64,000 bases of DNA from assembly GCA_963781585.1 (NCBI GenBank), contig CAWAGQ010000013.1, positions 256,001-320,000 on the forward strand, given 5' to 3'. This stretch comes from an uncultured Gemmatimonadaceae bacterium (GTDB taxonomy: Bacteria; Gemmatimonadota; Gemmatimonadetes; Gemmatimonadales; Gemmatimonadaceae). A model generated the notes under the pieces. That model searched no databases and was not told where the DNA came from. It worked only from the letters and a program-made list of their open reading frames with translations. Positions within the stretch are counted from its first letter, which is position 1, and the number at the start of each line of letters is the position of its first letter. Positions 33,020 to 47,900 of the stretch are shown in pieces. Position numbers and translations under genes: made by a program.

Positions 33020-34564
33020 CTACCGCTTCGGGAACGCGTGACCGGCGAGTTGCGCGGCGATCCAGTCCTGCACCCGCTCCACCTGCGTGTTCGGCACCGT
33101 GTAGTTGTTCGCCTGGAACGAGAACAGGAGCATGCGCCCGTCGGCGGTGGTCACGTAGCCCGAGAGCGCGTGTGACCGATCGACCGTGCCGGTCTTGGCG
33201 TGCACGTTCCCCTCGGCCGGGGTGCCTCGCATGCGGTTCGCGATCGTACCGTCCACGCCGCCGATGGGCAGGGCGTCGTAGAACACCTTGAAGTCGTCGC
33301 GCTTGCGCATCGCGTCGAGGATCCTGACGATCGTTTCCGGCGTGACATAGTCGTGTCGCGACAGCCCGCTGCCGTCGCGCACCACCAACCCGGCTGTGTC
33401 GGCGCCAAACGCGACCACCTGGCCTTCCACCACCCGGCGACCGCTGTCCGCCGATCCCACGCCGGCACGCTCCAGGCCGAGGGTCCGCAGCAGGATCTCG
33501 CCGATCTGGTTCTGCGACGGCTTGAAGAACTTCGGCATGATCTCACCGAGGGTCGGCGAGGACATGTCGAACAGATGGGTCTGATCGGCGATGACCGCGT
33601 CAGGCGTGCGGACGATTTCACCACGCATCGCGATCCCTCGGTCACCGAGCGCCTCGGCGAACGCGCCCAGCCAGGCGCTCGCTGGATCGCGGAGGGTCAC
33701 CTGGGCGCTCACGCTGTCGTGGGGGAGCACCCAGCCCGTCAAATGCACCACCGGTCGCGGCCCGCGCATGTCGGACGTGGCGCGTACTGCGCCGCCACGG
33801 GCTCCTCCGCGGCCCCCACCACCGAAGCCGCCTCCTCCGCGACCGCCTCGCGCGGCGGGCGCCGCCGCCACGGTGACGAAGTCGGCGACGATGTCCGGCA
33901 CCGTCCGCGCGGGCGCGGTGCGAACAACTACCGAATCCCCAGCGTAATCGCCGCCAAAAACCGTGACGCGCGCGACGCCGTTGTTGAAGAACAATTCATC
34001 CACTGCGGCGCCCGACGGCGTGTCGAGGTTCCCCCAGTCCCACGGTCCGATGGTGGTATCCGGGAACGCGTTGCCCCCCTTGACGAGCGACCCCGCGATC
34101 TCGCGGACGCTGCGCGCATACAGCGAATCGGCGGCTGCCCGGAGCGGCAGCATTGCGTCCCCCATCATCGCGTCGCTCACCGATGGATCGCCCCGTCCGG
34201 CGACGATGAGGTCGCCGCGGAGCACGCCGTTCTCCAGCGGTCCCGAGGCAAAGAACGCGGTCGTGAAACGATAGTCGGCGCCAAGTTGCACGAAGGCGGT
34301 CGAGCCGGTGAGCAGCTTCTCGTTGGAAGCGGGCATGAAGAGCTTGCCCGCGTTGTGCGAATAGAGCGTGTCGCCGGTGGCGGGATCGACGATCAGGATG
34401 CCCCAGTTGGCATTCCGGAACATCGGATCGGCCACGAGCGAATCGACGCTCCGCCGGAACGCGCTCCGCGTCACGACCGGGGTCGGGGGGCCGCCCGCGG
34501 GGGGCCCGGGATGGCAGGCCACCGCGGTCCCGGCAACGCACAGCAACCCGAGGAGATTGCGCAT
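33020..34564 (-). CDS. dacB: D-Ala-D-Ala carboxypeptidase/endopeptidase (S13, PBP4)
   Basis: PASNEK (SxxK), SQN, DGSGLSR, HAKTGT; lipobox VAC. Confidence 0.9.
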   Translation of the reverse strand: MRNLLGLLCVAGTAVACHPGPPAGGPPTPVVTRSAFRRSVDSLVADPMFRNANWGILIVDPATGDTLYSHNAGKLFMPASNEKLLTGSTAFVQLGADYRFTTAFFASGPLENGVLRGDLIVAGRGDPSVSDAMMGDAMLPLRAAADSLYARSVREIAGSLVKGGNAFPDTTIGPWDWGNLDTPSGAAVDELFFNNGVARVTVFGGDYAGDSVVVRTAPARTVPDIVADFVTVAAAPAARGGRGGGGFGGGGRGGARGGAVRATSDMRGPRPVVHLTGWVLPHDSVSAQVTLRDPASAWLGAFAEALGDRGIAMRGEIVRTPDAVIADQTHLFDMSSPTLGEIMPKFFKPSQNQIGEILLRTLGLERAGVGSADSGRRVVEGQVVAFGADTAGLVVRDGSGLSRHDYVTPETIVRILDAMRKRDDFKVFYDALPIGGVDGTIANRMRGTPAEGNVHAKTGTVDRSHALSGYVTTADGRMLLFSFQANNYTVPNTQVERVQDWIAAQLAGHAFPKR

Positions 34565-34741
34565 GGCGCGAAGATCAACGTGGGCGGGATGGCGTCAAGC
34601 CCGACGCGCTCCCCCGGCTCGGCGATCCGGATGCGAGCTCCATCTGGCGGAACATGGCCACGCGCGCGAACGTGGAGCCGTCGAGAGCCGCCCTCCGGTC
34701 GCGCGGGAGGGCATGCGCGAACCCTCCACTCGCAGCGTCAT

Positions 34742-37700
34742 ATGCGCACCCACGTCTTCCTGCTCGCAGCCGCCGCGATGGCGGCCTCCTCGTCCGTTCC
34801 GGCTCAGGCACCCGCCGGGCCGACGCGGCTCCTGCGCAGCCCCTCAATCAGCGGCGAGTCCATCGCGTTCGCCTACGCCCAGGACATCTGGGTGGTCGAC
34901 CGGAAGGGGGGCATCGCCAGGAGACTGACCTCCTCACCGGGAGAAGAGAGCAACCCGAAAATCTCGCCGGACGGGAAGTGGGTGGCCTTCAGTGGACAGT
35001 ACACGGGCAACACCGACGTGTACGTGGTCCCGATCGAGGGCGGGATTCCCAAACGCCTCACGTTTCACAACGGCGCCGACATGGTGCAGGGCTGGTCGCC
35101 GGACGGGACGAAAATCCTCTTCTCGTCGAATCGCGAGACGAACGGCCCGAACGCCCAGGCGCGGTTCTTCACCGTGCCGGTGGCGGGTGGCCTCGAAGTG
35201 GCGCTCCCGATGAATCGTGCGTATCAGGGCCGGTATTCGCCCGACGGCACGCACATCGCCTATCGCATGAACTCCTCGTGGGACGAGGAGCGCCGGAATT
35301 ATCGTGGCGGCCAGAATCGCCCGATCTGGATCATCGACCTCAAAACGCTCGAGGTCACCTCGCCCCCCGGCTGGACGGATTCCAAGCAGATGGAGCCGGC
35401 GTGGGTCGGCGACGTCGTGTACTACATCGACGACGTCGACGGCGTCGCCAACGTGTGGGCGTACGACACGAAGGCGAAACGCCCGCCCACCCAGATGACC
35501 CACTTCTCCGATTACGACGTGAAGACGCTCGACGCGGGCTCCGGGGCAGTGGTGTTCGAGCAGGCGGGGTACATCCACGAGCTCGACCCGAAGAGCGGAC
35601 GCGAGCATGTGGTCAACATCACTGCCGCGGGTGACTTCCCCTGGATGGTGGCCGAATGGAAGGACGTCGGCGGAAATCTCACCAACATGGCGATTTCGCC
35701 GACGGGCCGCCGTGCGGTGGTCGAGGCGCGGGGCGAGATCTTCACCATCCCTGCGACCACCGGCGACGTGCGCGACCTCACCAACTCGGCGTCGTCTGCC
35801 GAGCGCGAGCCGGCGTGGAGTCCCGACGGCAAGTGGATCTCGTACTTCAGCGACAAGTCGGGCGAATACAAGCTCGTGATCGCAGACGCGACCGAGGCGA
35901 CGCCGCCGCGCGAGATCGCGCTCCCTCATCCGACGCATTACTACACAGCCGAGTGGTCGCCCGACAGCAAGATGCTGCTGTACCACGACACCAACCTGCA
36001 CCTCTGGGTGATGGACGTCGCCACCGGCAAGGCAAAGATCGTGGGCGACGATCCATGGATGGTGCCCACGCGCACGATGAATCCGACCTGGAGTCCCGAC
36101 TCCAAATGGATCGCCTATGTCCGGCACCTGAATTCGCTGTTCAAGCAGGTCGTCGTCTACAACGTCGAGACGGGGAAAACCACGCCGGTCACCGACGGTC
36201 TCGCTGACGCCACCTGGCCGGCGTGGGACGCGAGCGGGAAGTACCTCTGGTTCCTCGCTTCCACCGACTACGCGCTCCGGTCGCAGTGGCTGGACATGTC
36301 CGCCACCGATCACACCGAGGACTTCAGCGTCTACCTCACGGTGCTGGGCAAGAGCGATCCGTCGCCATTCCTGCCCGAGAGTGATGAGGAAGGCGGGCCG
36401 CCGACGTCCACCAACAGCGGCGGACGTGGTGGCGGTGGGCGCGGCGGTGCGGGGCGCGGTGGCGCCCCCGGCGGGGCAGCCGAGACGGAAGCCCAGACGC
36501 CGTTGCCCCAGCGCGGGCCGGCCACGGTCAACATCGATTTCGACGGCCTGTCGAACCGGATTCTCGCGGTGCCGGGGATTCCGGCCCGTGCCTACACGCG
36601 CCTCAAGGCGGGCGTGCCGGGATTCATCTACTACACGGATCCGGGTGCGGGTGGTGGCGGGCGTGGGGGACGCGGCGCGGCGGGTGGCGGGGCAACGGTG
36701 CAGCGCTATTCGCTGCGCGACAAGCGCGCGACCACCTTCCTCACCGGCGCCACCGATTTCGAGATCAGTGCCGACGGGCACAAGATGCTCTATCGCTCCG
36801 GTGGCGGTGGTGGTGGACGGGGCGGACGTGGCGGCGGCGCGGCGGCGAAGCCGTCGCTCTTCATCGTCGACGCGGACCGCAATCCTCCGGCGGCCGGCGC
36901 GGGCGCCATCAGCAACACGTTCCGCATGTCGTGGGATCCGCGCGACGAGTACGCGCAGATCTTCGCCGAGGCGTGGCGCAACCAGCGCGACTATCTCTAC
37001 GTCCCCAATCAGCACGGCTCCGATTGGCCGCGGATGAAGACCATGTACGGCGTGTACCTGCCGTACGTGAATCATCGCGCCGATCTGAACTACGTGGTCG
37101 ACATGATGGGGTCCGAGATCGCCATCGGACACTCGTACGTGCGCGGCGGCGAGATGCCCGAGAATCCCACCGGCGAGAACGCGCAGGGTGGCCAGCTCGG
37201 CGCCGACTTCACGATCGATCAGGGTCGCTACAGGATCACCAGAATCTACGACGCCGAAAGCTGGAACCCCGATTTGCGCGCCCCACTCGCGACGCCGGGC
37301 GTGGACGTGCGGGTCGGCGACTATGTAGTTGCGGTCAACGGCCAGGAGCTGAAGGCGCCCGACAGCATCTGGCGCCTGCTGGAAAACACCGCGGACCATC
37401 AGACCACGCTGCTCGTGAATCAGCGTCCCACGATGGAGGGGGCGCGCACCGCGCGGGTGATGCCGGTCGCCAGCGACCAGGGGCTGCGCACACGCGCGTG
37501 GATCGAAGGGAACCGGCGGCTTGTCGATTCCCTCTCACACGGAACGTTGGCCTACGTGTATCTGCCCAACACCGGTGGCCCGGGTTACGAGAGCTTCAAC
37601 CGTTACTACTTCGCCCAGCAGGACAAGCAGGGCGCGGTCATCGACGAGCGGTACAACGGTGGTGGTCAGGCGGCCGACTACATCATTGATGTGCTGGAGC

Positions 37701-38176
37701 GGAAGTTCGACGGCTACTTCAACAACGTCGCGGGCGATCGCGTGCCGTTCACCAGCCCGGCGGCCGGCATCTGGGGCCCGAAGGTGATGATCATCAATGA
37801 AATGGCGGGATCGGGCGGTGACCTGATGCCCTACATGTTCCACTACCGCAAGATCGGCACGCTGGTAGGCAAGCGGACGTGGGGCGGATTGGTCCACACT
37901 GCCGACACGCCACCGTTCATCGACGGCGGATCGGCGATCGCGCCGCGCGGCGGCTTCTTCGGCGTCGACGGCAAATGGCATGTGGAGAACGAGGGCATCG
38001 CTCCCGACATCGACGTCGAGGATTGGCCCAAGGACATCGCGGCCGGTCACGACATGCAGCTCGAGCGCGCGGTGCAGGAGGGGATGAAGCAGCTGGCGGA
38101 TCACCCCGTCGCACGGCTGATGAAGGAACCGGCGCCGCCGACATGGGGGGCGCGGAAGAAGCCGATTCAGCCGTAG
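34742..38176 (+). CDS. Tricorn-like S41 protease
   Basis: PD40 propellers, YRGGQ, PDZ domain, DERYNGGG, AGSGGD, GKRTWGG, VENEGIAPD. Confidence 0.92.
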   Translation: MRTHVFLLAAAAMAASSSVPAQAPAGPTRLLRSPSISGESIAFAYAQDIWVVDRKGGIARRLTSSPGEESNPKISPDGKWVAFSGQYTGNTDVYVVPIEGGIPKRLTFHNGADMVQGWSPDGTKILFSSNRETNGPNAQARFFTVPVAGGLEVALPMNRAYQGRYSPDGTHIAYRMNSSWDEERRNYRGGQNRPIWIIDLKTLEVTSPPGWTDSKQMEPAWVGDVVYYIDDVDGVANVWAYDTKAKRPPTQMTHFSDYDVKTLDAGSGAVVFEQAGYIHELDPKSGREHVVNITAAGDFPWMVAEWKDVGGNLTNMAISPTGRRAVVEARGEIFTIPATTGDVRDLTNSASSAEREPAWSPDGKWISYFSDKSGEYKLVIADATEATPPREIALPHPTHYYTAEWSPDSKMLLYHDTNLHLWVMDVATGKAKIVGDDPWMVPTRTMNPTWSPDSKWIAYVRHLNSLFKQVVVYNVETGKTTPVTDGLADATWPAWDASGKYLWFLASTDYALRSQWLDMSATDHTEDFSVYLTVLGKSDPSPFLPESDEEGGPPTSTNSGGRGGGGRGGAGRGGAPGGAAETEAQTPLPQRGPATVNIDFDGLSNRILAVPGIPARAYTRLKAGVPGFIYYTDPGAGGGGRGGRGAAGGGATVQRYSLRDKRATTFLTGATDFEISADGHKMLYRSGGGGGGRGGRGGGAAAKPSLFIVDADRNPPAAGAGAISNTFRMSWDPRDEYAQIFAEAWRNQRDYLYVPNQHGSDWPRMKTMYGVYLPYVNHRADLNYVVDMMGSEIAIGHSYVRGGEMPENPTGENAQGGQLGADFTIDQGRYRITRIYDAESWNPDLRAPLATPGVDVRVGDYVVAVNGQELKAPDSIWRLLENTADHQTTLLVNQRPTMEGARTARVMPVASDQGLRTRAWIEGNRRLVDSLSHGTLAYVYLPNTGGPGYESFNRYYFAQQDKQGAVIDERYNGGGQAADYIIDVLERKFDGYFNNVAGDRVPFTSPAAGIWGPKVMIINEMAGSGGDLMPYMFHYRKIGTLVGKRTWGGLVHTADTPPFIDGGSAIAPRGGFFGVDGKWHVENEGIAPDIDVEDWPKDIAAGHDMQLERAVQEGMKQLADHPVARLMKEPAPPTWGARKKPIQP

Positions 38177-38361
38177 CGGCCCGCGCGGGTCGACTCGCGG
38201 TAGTGACCAGCCTGGTCGCAACTTCGCATCGCGCGCCTCCAGGCGCGCGGTGTCACGGCGCGCGATCCTCCTTGCTGCCGTGGGCGATCAGCTGCATACT
38301 GCGCCCCGCTCCGTGCGCCAAAACTCGCACAATGTTGTGGGCACTACCGGAGGTGTGACCG

Positions 38362-39540
38362 ATGCCCGAGATCCTGACGAGATTGTTCAAGGAGTTCGAT
38401 CACGGGACGATCTCGCGCCGCCAGTTGCTGCAGGCGCTCGGGATCGCCGCAGTGGCCGCTCCCGTCTCGGCGCTGGCACAGGGACGCTGCGGCGGGACGC
38501 GCGCCGGCTCGCCCGAGTGCGACAGGACGCCCGCCAAACCGCCGTTCGAGCCAACGGGTTGGAAGACGGTATTGCTCGATCATTTCACGATGCAGTGTGA
38601 GGACCCGCGTCGTGAGGCGGCGTACTACACCACGCTCATGAACTGGAAAGTCCGCAGCGACGACGGATCGACGATCGTGCTGGACATCGGCGACGATGTC
38701 GGCGGCGTGGTCATTCGCGGCGGATATCAGGGGCCGCCGCCGCCTCCGCCACGGGCCGATGCGCCACCGGCCGACAGCGCGGCGGCCGGGCGCGGTCGGG
38801 GAAGGGGCGGCGCACGCGCCCCGCGCCACGTGGTGTGGGACTCGTTCTGCTGGGGCATCGAGCCGTGGGATACGAAGAAGGTGGAGACGGAGCTCAGGAA
38901 GCGCGGCCTCAATCCCGTGGCCGACCACGCGGGGAGCGATTTCCAGAGCTTCCACGTGAGGGATGCAGACGGATTCGATCTGCAGATCAGCAACGGCAAT
39001 CGCCGGAACCGGAGACGGGGGGCCGCGCGCGGCCAGCTCACCGCTGCGGCGCCGTTCGATCCGACCGCCTGGAAGACGGTCTGGCTCGATCACATCTCGT
39101 TCCAATCGTCGAACTACAAGGAGAGCGTTGCATTCTACAGCGCCTTGTTAGGCTGGAAGGGAACGGGTGATGAGGGGAGCCAGAACGAGTGCGAGATCGG
39201 CGACGTGGGCAACATCATCATCCGCGGCGGGAACCCGAACGCGCGCGGCGGCGGGCCGGGACGTGCTGGCGCGGCGGGCGACAGCGCAGGCGGACGCGGC
39301 GGCCAGGCCGGCACGCCGGCCCGGCGTGCGACGATCGACCACATCGCGTTCGGGATCTCGCCCTGGGACCCGGACCAGGTGAAGGCGGAACTCGACAAGC
39401 GCGGGCTGACGGGTCGTGCCGACACGGGGGGCAACGGCGACATTCACGTCGCGCCCTACCAGAGTTATCACACGACCACGCCCGACGGATTCGATCTCCA
39501 GATCAGCAACGCCACGCGCGTGGGCCGCGAAGTGCGGTAG
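38362..39540 (+). CDS. Duplicated VOC/glyoxalase-family protein with Tat-like signal
   Basis: SRRQLLQALG; two internal repeats WKTV(L/W)LDH...DGFDLQISN. Confidence 0.8.
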   Translation: MPEILTRLFKEFDHGTISRRQLLQALGIAAVAAPVSALAQGRCGGTRAGSPECDRTPAKPPFEPTGWKTVLLDHFTMQCEDPRREAAYYTTLMNWKVRSDDGSTIVLDIGDDVGGVVIRGGYQGPPPPPPRADAPPADSAAAGRGRGRGGARAPRHVVWDSFCWGIEPWDTKKVETELRKRGLNPVADHAGSDFQSFHVRDADGFDLQISNGNRRNRRRGAARGQLTAAAPFDPTAWKTVWLDHISFQSSNYKESVAFYSALLGWKGTGDEGSQNECEIGDVGNIIIRGGNPNARGGGPGRAGAAGDSAGGRGGQAGTPARRATIDHIAFGISPWDPDQVKAELDKRGLTGRADTGGNGDIHVAPYQSYHTTTPDGFDLQISNATRVGREVR

Positions 39541-39654
39541 CCAACCGGAAGCCGCGCGCGACTGCGCGGGGATGCCAGGCTGTGCGCGCCGTCGTCGCGT
39601 CGTGGGCCGCGGCGCCGTCATGAGCTGCCGTGCGTCGCGGCCTGGCTGCGGCTC

Positions 39655-42819
<3,165 letters not shown>

Positions 42820-43005
42820 GGCGGGACCTCGGGGGCACGAGCCGAGAGAAGATGCGGTATCCCGAAAATGTACGACGTGAAGGGGTGCCGGGCGAGGCGG
42901 AGGGGGGCCGGTGCGCGCGCGTGCCACCCGGTGACGAGGTGCGTGAATGCTGGTGGTGGGAGTCGAGGCGGGTGCGTAGACCGCGGGCCGTCTGGTGACC
43001 TCTCA

Positions 43006-43410
43006 ATGCAGCCGAATCCGAAACTCCTGCGCTCGTGGCGTGCGAAATTGTGCGTTGGGGATTTCAGCCGGCGGACGGAGGAGTCGTACGTGAGCTGGGG
43101 TGCGTCGCTTCATCGAACGCAATCAGCTCCGCCACCCGCAAGACATGAGGGAACGCGAAGTCGTGCAGTTTCTGACCTTCCTTGCCGTCGAGCGCACACT
43201 CGCTGCCGCCACCCAGGCCCAGGCAGTTGCGGCGCTCCAGTTCCTGTAACCCTGCGCCATTCCTTTGCGACGCATTTGCTTGGAGGCAGGCCATGACATC
43301 CGAACGGTACCGGAGCGATTGGGGCGTCGTGACGTATCGACGACGATGATCTACACGCGCGTGCTGAATCGCGTTCGGTCGGGTGTTCGCAGCCCGGTGG
43401 ACCGCGTATT
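43006..43410 (+). pseudogene. intI: Integron integrase remnant with frameshifts and a large internal deletion
   Basis: KLL...FSRRTEESYVSW/VRRFI...RHPQDM...EVVQFLTFLAVER...TQAQAVAALQFL joined directly to [20 protein letters not shown]...[14 protein letters not shown]...GVRSPVD, which are IntI-type N- and C-termini. Confidence 0.85.
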
Positions 43411-43423
43411 CGGGCCCGCAGGG

Positions 43424-43452
43424 TTGTCGGATTCGGCTGCGCTCCGTATGGT
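43424..43452 (+). promoter_or_regulatory. Candidate cassette promoter (Pc-like)
   Basis: TTGTCG-N17-TATGGT upstream of the attI-like core. Confidence 0.3.
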
Positions 43453-43489
43453 GGGCGCTGGTTGGGGTGTTGGGAGGGGAATGGGAAGA

Positions 43490-43514
43490 GGGGTTCAATA
43501 CTTGTTAGACGCCT
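43490..43514 (+). other. attI-like site; core GTTAGAC at 43504
   Basis: GTTRRRY core about 100 bp 3' of intI; GTTAGACGCCT is the reverse complement of 51508-51518. Confidence 0.65.
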
Positions 43515-43549
43515 ACAATCATCGCGGCGGAGCAAACCCTGGAGATCCG

Positions 43550-44053
43550 ATGGCGTATCGTAACAAGGTGTTTGTCTCATTCGACGGCGACTCGGATATC
43601 CACTACTACCGGCTCATGCGCGCGTGGAAGCAGAACGACCGCACGGACTTCGACTTCGTCGATGCTCATGATCTGACCCAAGCTCGCGATACGAGCACTG
43701 AAGACTCGATCAAGCGCAGCCTGTTGCAGCGGCTCGCGAACACCAAAGTCTTCGTATCTCTTATCGGGGAGAAGACGAAGTACCTCTATAAGTTTGTCCG
43801 ATGGGAGCTCGAGCAGGCAATTCGCCTCGATGTCCCGATCATCGGCGTAAACCTGAACGGCCGGCGCTCGCAGGACGCCGACCGATGCCCGCCACTTCTG
43901 CGCGACCAACTCGCCGTCTACGTCACGTTTAACCCTGCGATCATCCAGTACGCCCTCGAGCACTGGCCAACCGAGTGGCAAACCCTTCGACGCGAAGGCA
44001 AGACTGGCGCGCGGTACTATACGGACAGCGTGTATTCACGGCTCGGCCTGTAG
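43550..44053 (+). CDS. thsB: Thoeris ThsB TIR-domain protein
   Basis: [25 protein letters not shown]...DAHDL...[13 protein letters not shown]...LIGEKTK...FVRWELEQA (catalytic Glu). Confidence 0.85.
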   Translation: MAYRNKVFVSFDGDSDIHYYRLMRAWKQNDRTDFDFVDAHDLTQARDTSTEDSIKRSLLQRLANTKVFVSLIGEKTKYLYKFVRWELEQAIRLDVPIIGVNLNGRRSQDADRCPPLLRDQLAVYVTFNPAIIQYALEHWPTEWQTLRREGKTGARYYTDSVYSRLGL

Positions 44054-44065
44054 CCGCCACGGCGC

Positions 44066-44992
44066 ATGTTGAGCACCTCTATTGCCGCTGTCCGGCACAT
44101 CTCGGTCGTCAAGTTGGGCGAGTCGATCCTCGAGGCGCTGGGCGTTCTATGGCTCATTCTCGAGATCACGGCTTACTTTTCCACCCAGTCGTCCGCGGTC
44201 ATCAGGCCGTACTGGTGGCTGTTTCTGATCGGGGGCGTTGGAGCAGGCCTCGTCCGCGCTTGGCCTCGACTCGCGGCTTCAGAGATTGTCGAGGGATCGG
44301 ACTGCACCATCGAGATCCGAGTGTGCGATATCCTCTCTCTTCGACACGTCGCACTGGTTGTCGGAACGAACGACACTTTCGATACCGCGCTTTCTGATGG
44401 CACGATTAGCAGCGAGAGCGTTCAGGGTCAGGCGACACTCCGCTTGCTTGCATCTCCGGAACAGCTGAATCGAGAACTCGACCATTCACTCGCTGGAACG
44501 GCGGCCACCGAGTTGTCTTACGATGACAAACCCTTCGGCAACTTAAAGCGATACCCAATTGGGACCGTGGCGAGTGTGGATGCTGGTACGCGGCGCATAT
44601 ACTTCGCCGCCATCGCCTCGCTCAACGCGCACCGCGTGGCCCACACAACCCGCCGGGATATCGCCGATGCGCTACCCCGGATTTGGGAACACATCCGCGA
44701 GCGAGGAGGGCTACACCCCCTGGCGTGTCCCGTGCTCGGATCGGGCTACTCACGATTGGACGCTACACGCGAGGAGCTCATTCGGGAGATCATCCGGTCA
44801 TTCGTGCCGGCAGTGAGGGCTGGAATGTTCTGCCGCGGACTGACGATCGCGGTTAGTCCCCGAGACTTTCGTGATGGACGCGTGAGTCTCACCGCGCTCG
44901 GGAGCTTCCTCGCGCACGAGTGCAAGTACGGAAGCGCGGGGCTGAGCCGGGACGTGGGCGGGCCACTCGGAACACCTCAAGGTTCAGCCTGA
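44066..44992 (+). CDS. thsA: Thoeris type II ThsA: two N-terminal TM helices + Macro domain
   Basis: Two hydrophobic helices, then IEIRVCDIL...VVGTNDTFDT...ISSESVQGQ...YPIGTVA...PVLGSGYSRL; directly follows the TIR gene. Confidence 0.8.
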   Translation: MLSTSIAAVRHISVVKLGESILEALGVLWLILEITAYFSTQSSAVIRPYWWLFLIGGVGAGLVRAWPRLAASEIVEGSDCTIEIRVCDILSLRHVALVVGTNDTFDTALSDGTISSESVQGQATLRLLASPEQLNRELDHSLAGTAATELSYDDKPFGNLKRYPIGTVASVDAGTRRIYFAAIASLNAHRVAHTTRRDIADALPRIWEHIRERGGLHPLACPVLGSGYSRLDATREELIREIIRSFVPAVRAGMFCRGLTIAVSPRDFRDGRVSLTALGSFLAHECKYGSAGLSRDVGGPLGTPQGSA

Positions 44993-47900
44993 TGCCTCGG
45001 ATCTTCGACAACATCCACGATGATCTGCTTCCTGCCCTGCGCGCCATGCTGGAGGTCGCGAATCGTTCCGACTTCAGCGTTGGCTATTTCAACCTCCGCG
45101 GATGGAAGACCCTCGATGATCTCGTCGAGCGGTGGCCGGGAGGTGGGGGCAACCAGTGCCGGCTTCTGGTCGGAATGCAGCGACTCCCGCAGGATGAGCT
45201 CCGCGCGGCCCTGAGTGTCGCTGCCCCGGGGCACGATGAACTCGACAACCAAACTGCGCAGCGACTCAAGAAGAAGCTTGCCGAGGAGTTTCGCAATCAA
45301 CTGACCTTCGGTGTCCCGTCCAATGCAGACGAAGCAGGGCTGCGGCGTCTTGCCGGGCAACTCAGGGCCGGCAAGGTTGTCGTCAAACTGTTCCTCCGGC
45401 ACGCGCTGCACGCCAAGCTGTACCTGCTCTTCCGCACGGACCCCGTCAATCCGATCGTCGGTTACCTGGGCAGCAGCAACTTGACGCTGTCCGGCCTCTC
45501 GCATCAAGGTGAGCTGAACATCGACGTCCTCGATCACGATGCCGCCACGAAACTGGCGAACTGGTTTGAGGACCGCTGGAACGACCGCTGGTGTGTCGAC
45601 ATCACCGAGGAGCTGATCCAGGTCATCGGCGAAAGCTGGGCGCGCGAGGAGGCACTGGCGCCGTACCACATCTACGTGAAGATGGCCTACCATCTTGCGC
45701 AGGAAGCCCGCGCCGGCCTCGCTGAGTTCCGCATCCCTCCAGAGTTCGGGAATCGGCTCTTCGACTATCAGGTTGCTGCCGTCAAGATCGCCGCACACCA
45801 TCTAAACAAGCGCGGCGGCGTGCTGATCGGCGATGTCGTGGGTCTCGGCAAGACGTTGATGGCATCTGCCTTGGCCAAGATCTTCCAGGACGATCACTTC
45901 ACCGAAACCCTGATTATCTGCCCCAAGAATCTCGTGAAGATGTGGGAGGACTACGTCTCCGAGTACCGATTGCTCGCAAAGGTCCTCTCAGTCACCCGCG
46001 CCGCTCGCGAGCTCCCGGAGCTTCGGCGCTATCGCGTGGTGCTCATCGACGAGAGCCAGAACCTCCGCAATCGCGAGGGCAAGCGCTACCGCGCCATTCA
46101 GGAGTACATACAGGAGAACGAAAGCAAATGCATCCTGTTGTCCGCGACGCCCTATAACAAGACCTACCTCGACCTCTCGAGCCAGTTGCGCCTGTTCGTT
46201 GCCGAAGACAAGGACATGGGGATTCGCCCGGAGCGTCTTCTCCGTGAGCTGGGTGAGACCGAGTTCATCCGACGTCACCAGTCACCGGTACGCTCGCTTG
46301 CCGCGTTCGAGAAGAGCGAATATGCCGATGATTGGCGCGAATTGATGCGTTTGTACATGGTGCGCCGGACGCGGAGCTTCATCCAGGACAACTACGCCGC
46401 AACCGATCCGGCAAATGGGCGCAAGTTCCTGACCTTCGAAGACGGCACGCGATCGTACTTTCCTGACCGAATACCCAAGACAGTCAAGTTCCGCATTGAC
46501 GAGAAGAGTCCTTCCGATCAGTACGCGCGGCTTTTCGCCCCTGACGTTGTCGTCGCGATCAACGGGCTTAGCCTGCCCCGGTATGGACTTGCGAACTACG
46601 TGGCCGCCACGCCACACAAGGCACCCACGACAGCGGAGGCAAAGCAGTTGCAGGATCTGTCGCGCGCAGGCAAGCGCCTCATGGGCTTCTGCCGCACCAA
46701 CCTCTTCAAGAGGCTCGAAAGCAGTGGCGATGCTTTCGGACAGTCCATCGAACGACACGTTCTGCGCAACTACATCGTCCTGCACGCCATCGAACACGCC
46801 TTGCCCCTGCCGCTGGGAACGCAGGATACAGGCCTCCTTGACGCTGGCAACTATGACGAAGATGTCGACGACGAGGCTGCGACAGCCGAACTGTTCGAGG
46901 ACGAGAACGGCGATGGTGTGACCGCCCCGCCGCGTGCCGCGCTGCGCAGCGTCGAAGATTTCAAGAAGCGAGCGGCGGAACTCTACGAATCCTACGCGAC
47001 TCAATTCAAGCGGCGCTTCAAGTGGCTCCGGCCGGACTTGTTCGTCAAGTCACTCGCAACCGATCTTGAGGCGGATGCCGTGAGCTTGCTCGAGGTCCGC
47101 ACACGCTGCGGCCAGTGGGACCCGTCAAAGGATGCCAAACTCGATGCGCTCTATAACCTTTTGGAGAAGCGCCACCCCCGCGAGAAGGTACTCATATTCA
47201 CCCAGTTCGCAGACACAGTCCGTTACCTCGAGGCGCAGCTTCGCGCACGCGGAGTCAAGCGGCTCGCTGGCGTCACCGGAGAGGACGAGGACCCCACGAG
47301 CTACGCCTGGCGCTTCAGCCCGGACAGCAACAAGAAACGCAAGCGCCTGCGGCCCGATGAAGAGCTACGTGTTCTGCTCGCGACCGATGTCCTCAGCGAA
47401 GGCCAGAACCTTCAGGACGGGGCCATCATCGTCAACTTCGACCTCCCTTGGGCCATCATCAGGCTCGTTCAGCGGGCAGGTCGCGTCGATCGCATTGGGC
47501 AGAAATCGGAGAAGATCCTTTGCTATTCTTTCCTGCCGGCTGATGGCGTCGAGAACCTGATCCGCCTGCGCGCGCGGGTGCGCCAGCGGCTGCACGAGAA
47601 CGCCGAGGTTGTTGGCACGGACGAAGCTTTCTTTGAGAACGAGAGAGAGCGCCAGAAGCTCCTCGACCTTTACCACGAGAAGTCAGGCATTCTCGATGGG
47701 GAAGCGGAGACCGAAGTGGACCTCGCTTCATACGCCTACCAGATCTGGAAGAACGCCATTGACCGTGATCCAGACCTGCGGAAGTCAATTCCGGCGCTCC
47801 CGCCGGTGGTCTTCTCGACTCGTCCACACGAAAGCACCGAGCGGAAGCCGCATGGCGCCCTCGTCTACCTTCGGACTGCCGAAGGCAATGACGCGCTCGC

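Noticed and set aside
33200..34741. Long N-terminal extensions and antisense ORFs (e.g. 1658-aa tricorn, 34934-37399, 48811-50634)
   Set aside because: High-GC shadow ORFs overlapping well-supported genes on the other strand
43265..43549. N-terminal extension of the 262-aa ORF as a real integrase-TIR fusion
   Set aside because: It is the intI remnant lacking its stop; ThsB has its own GGAG RBS and ATG at 43550
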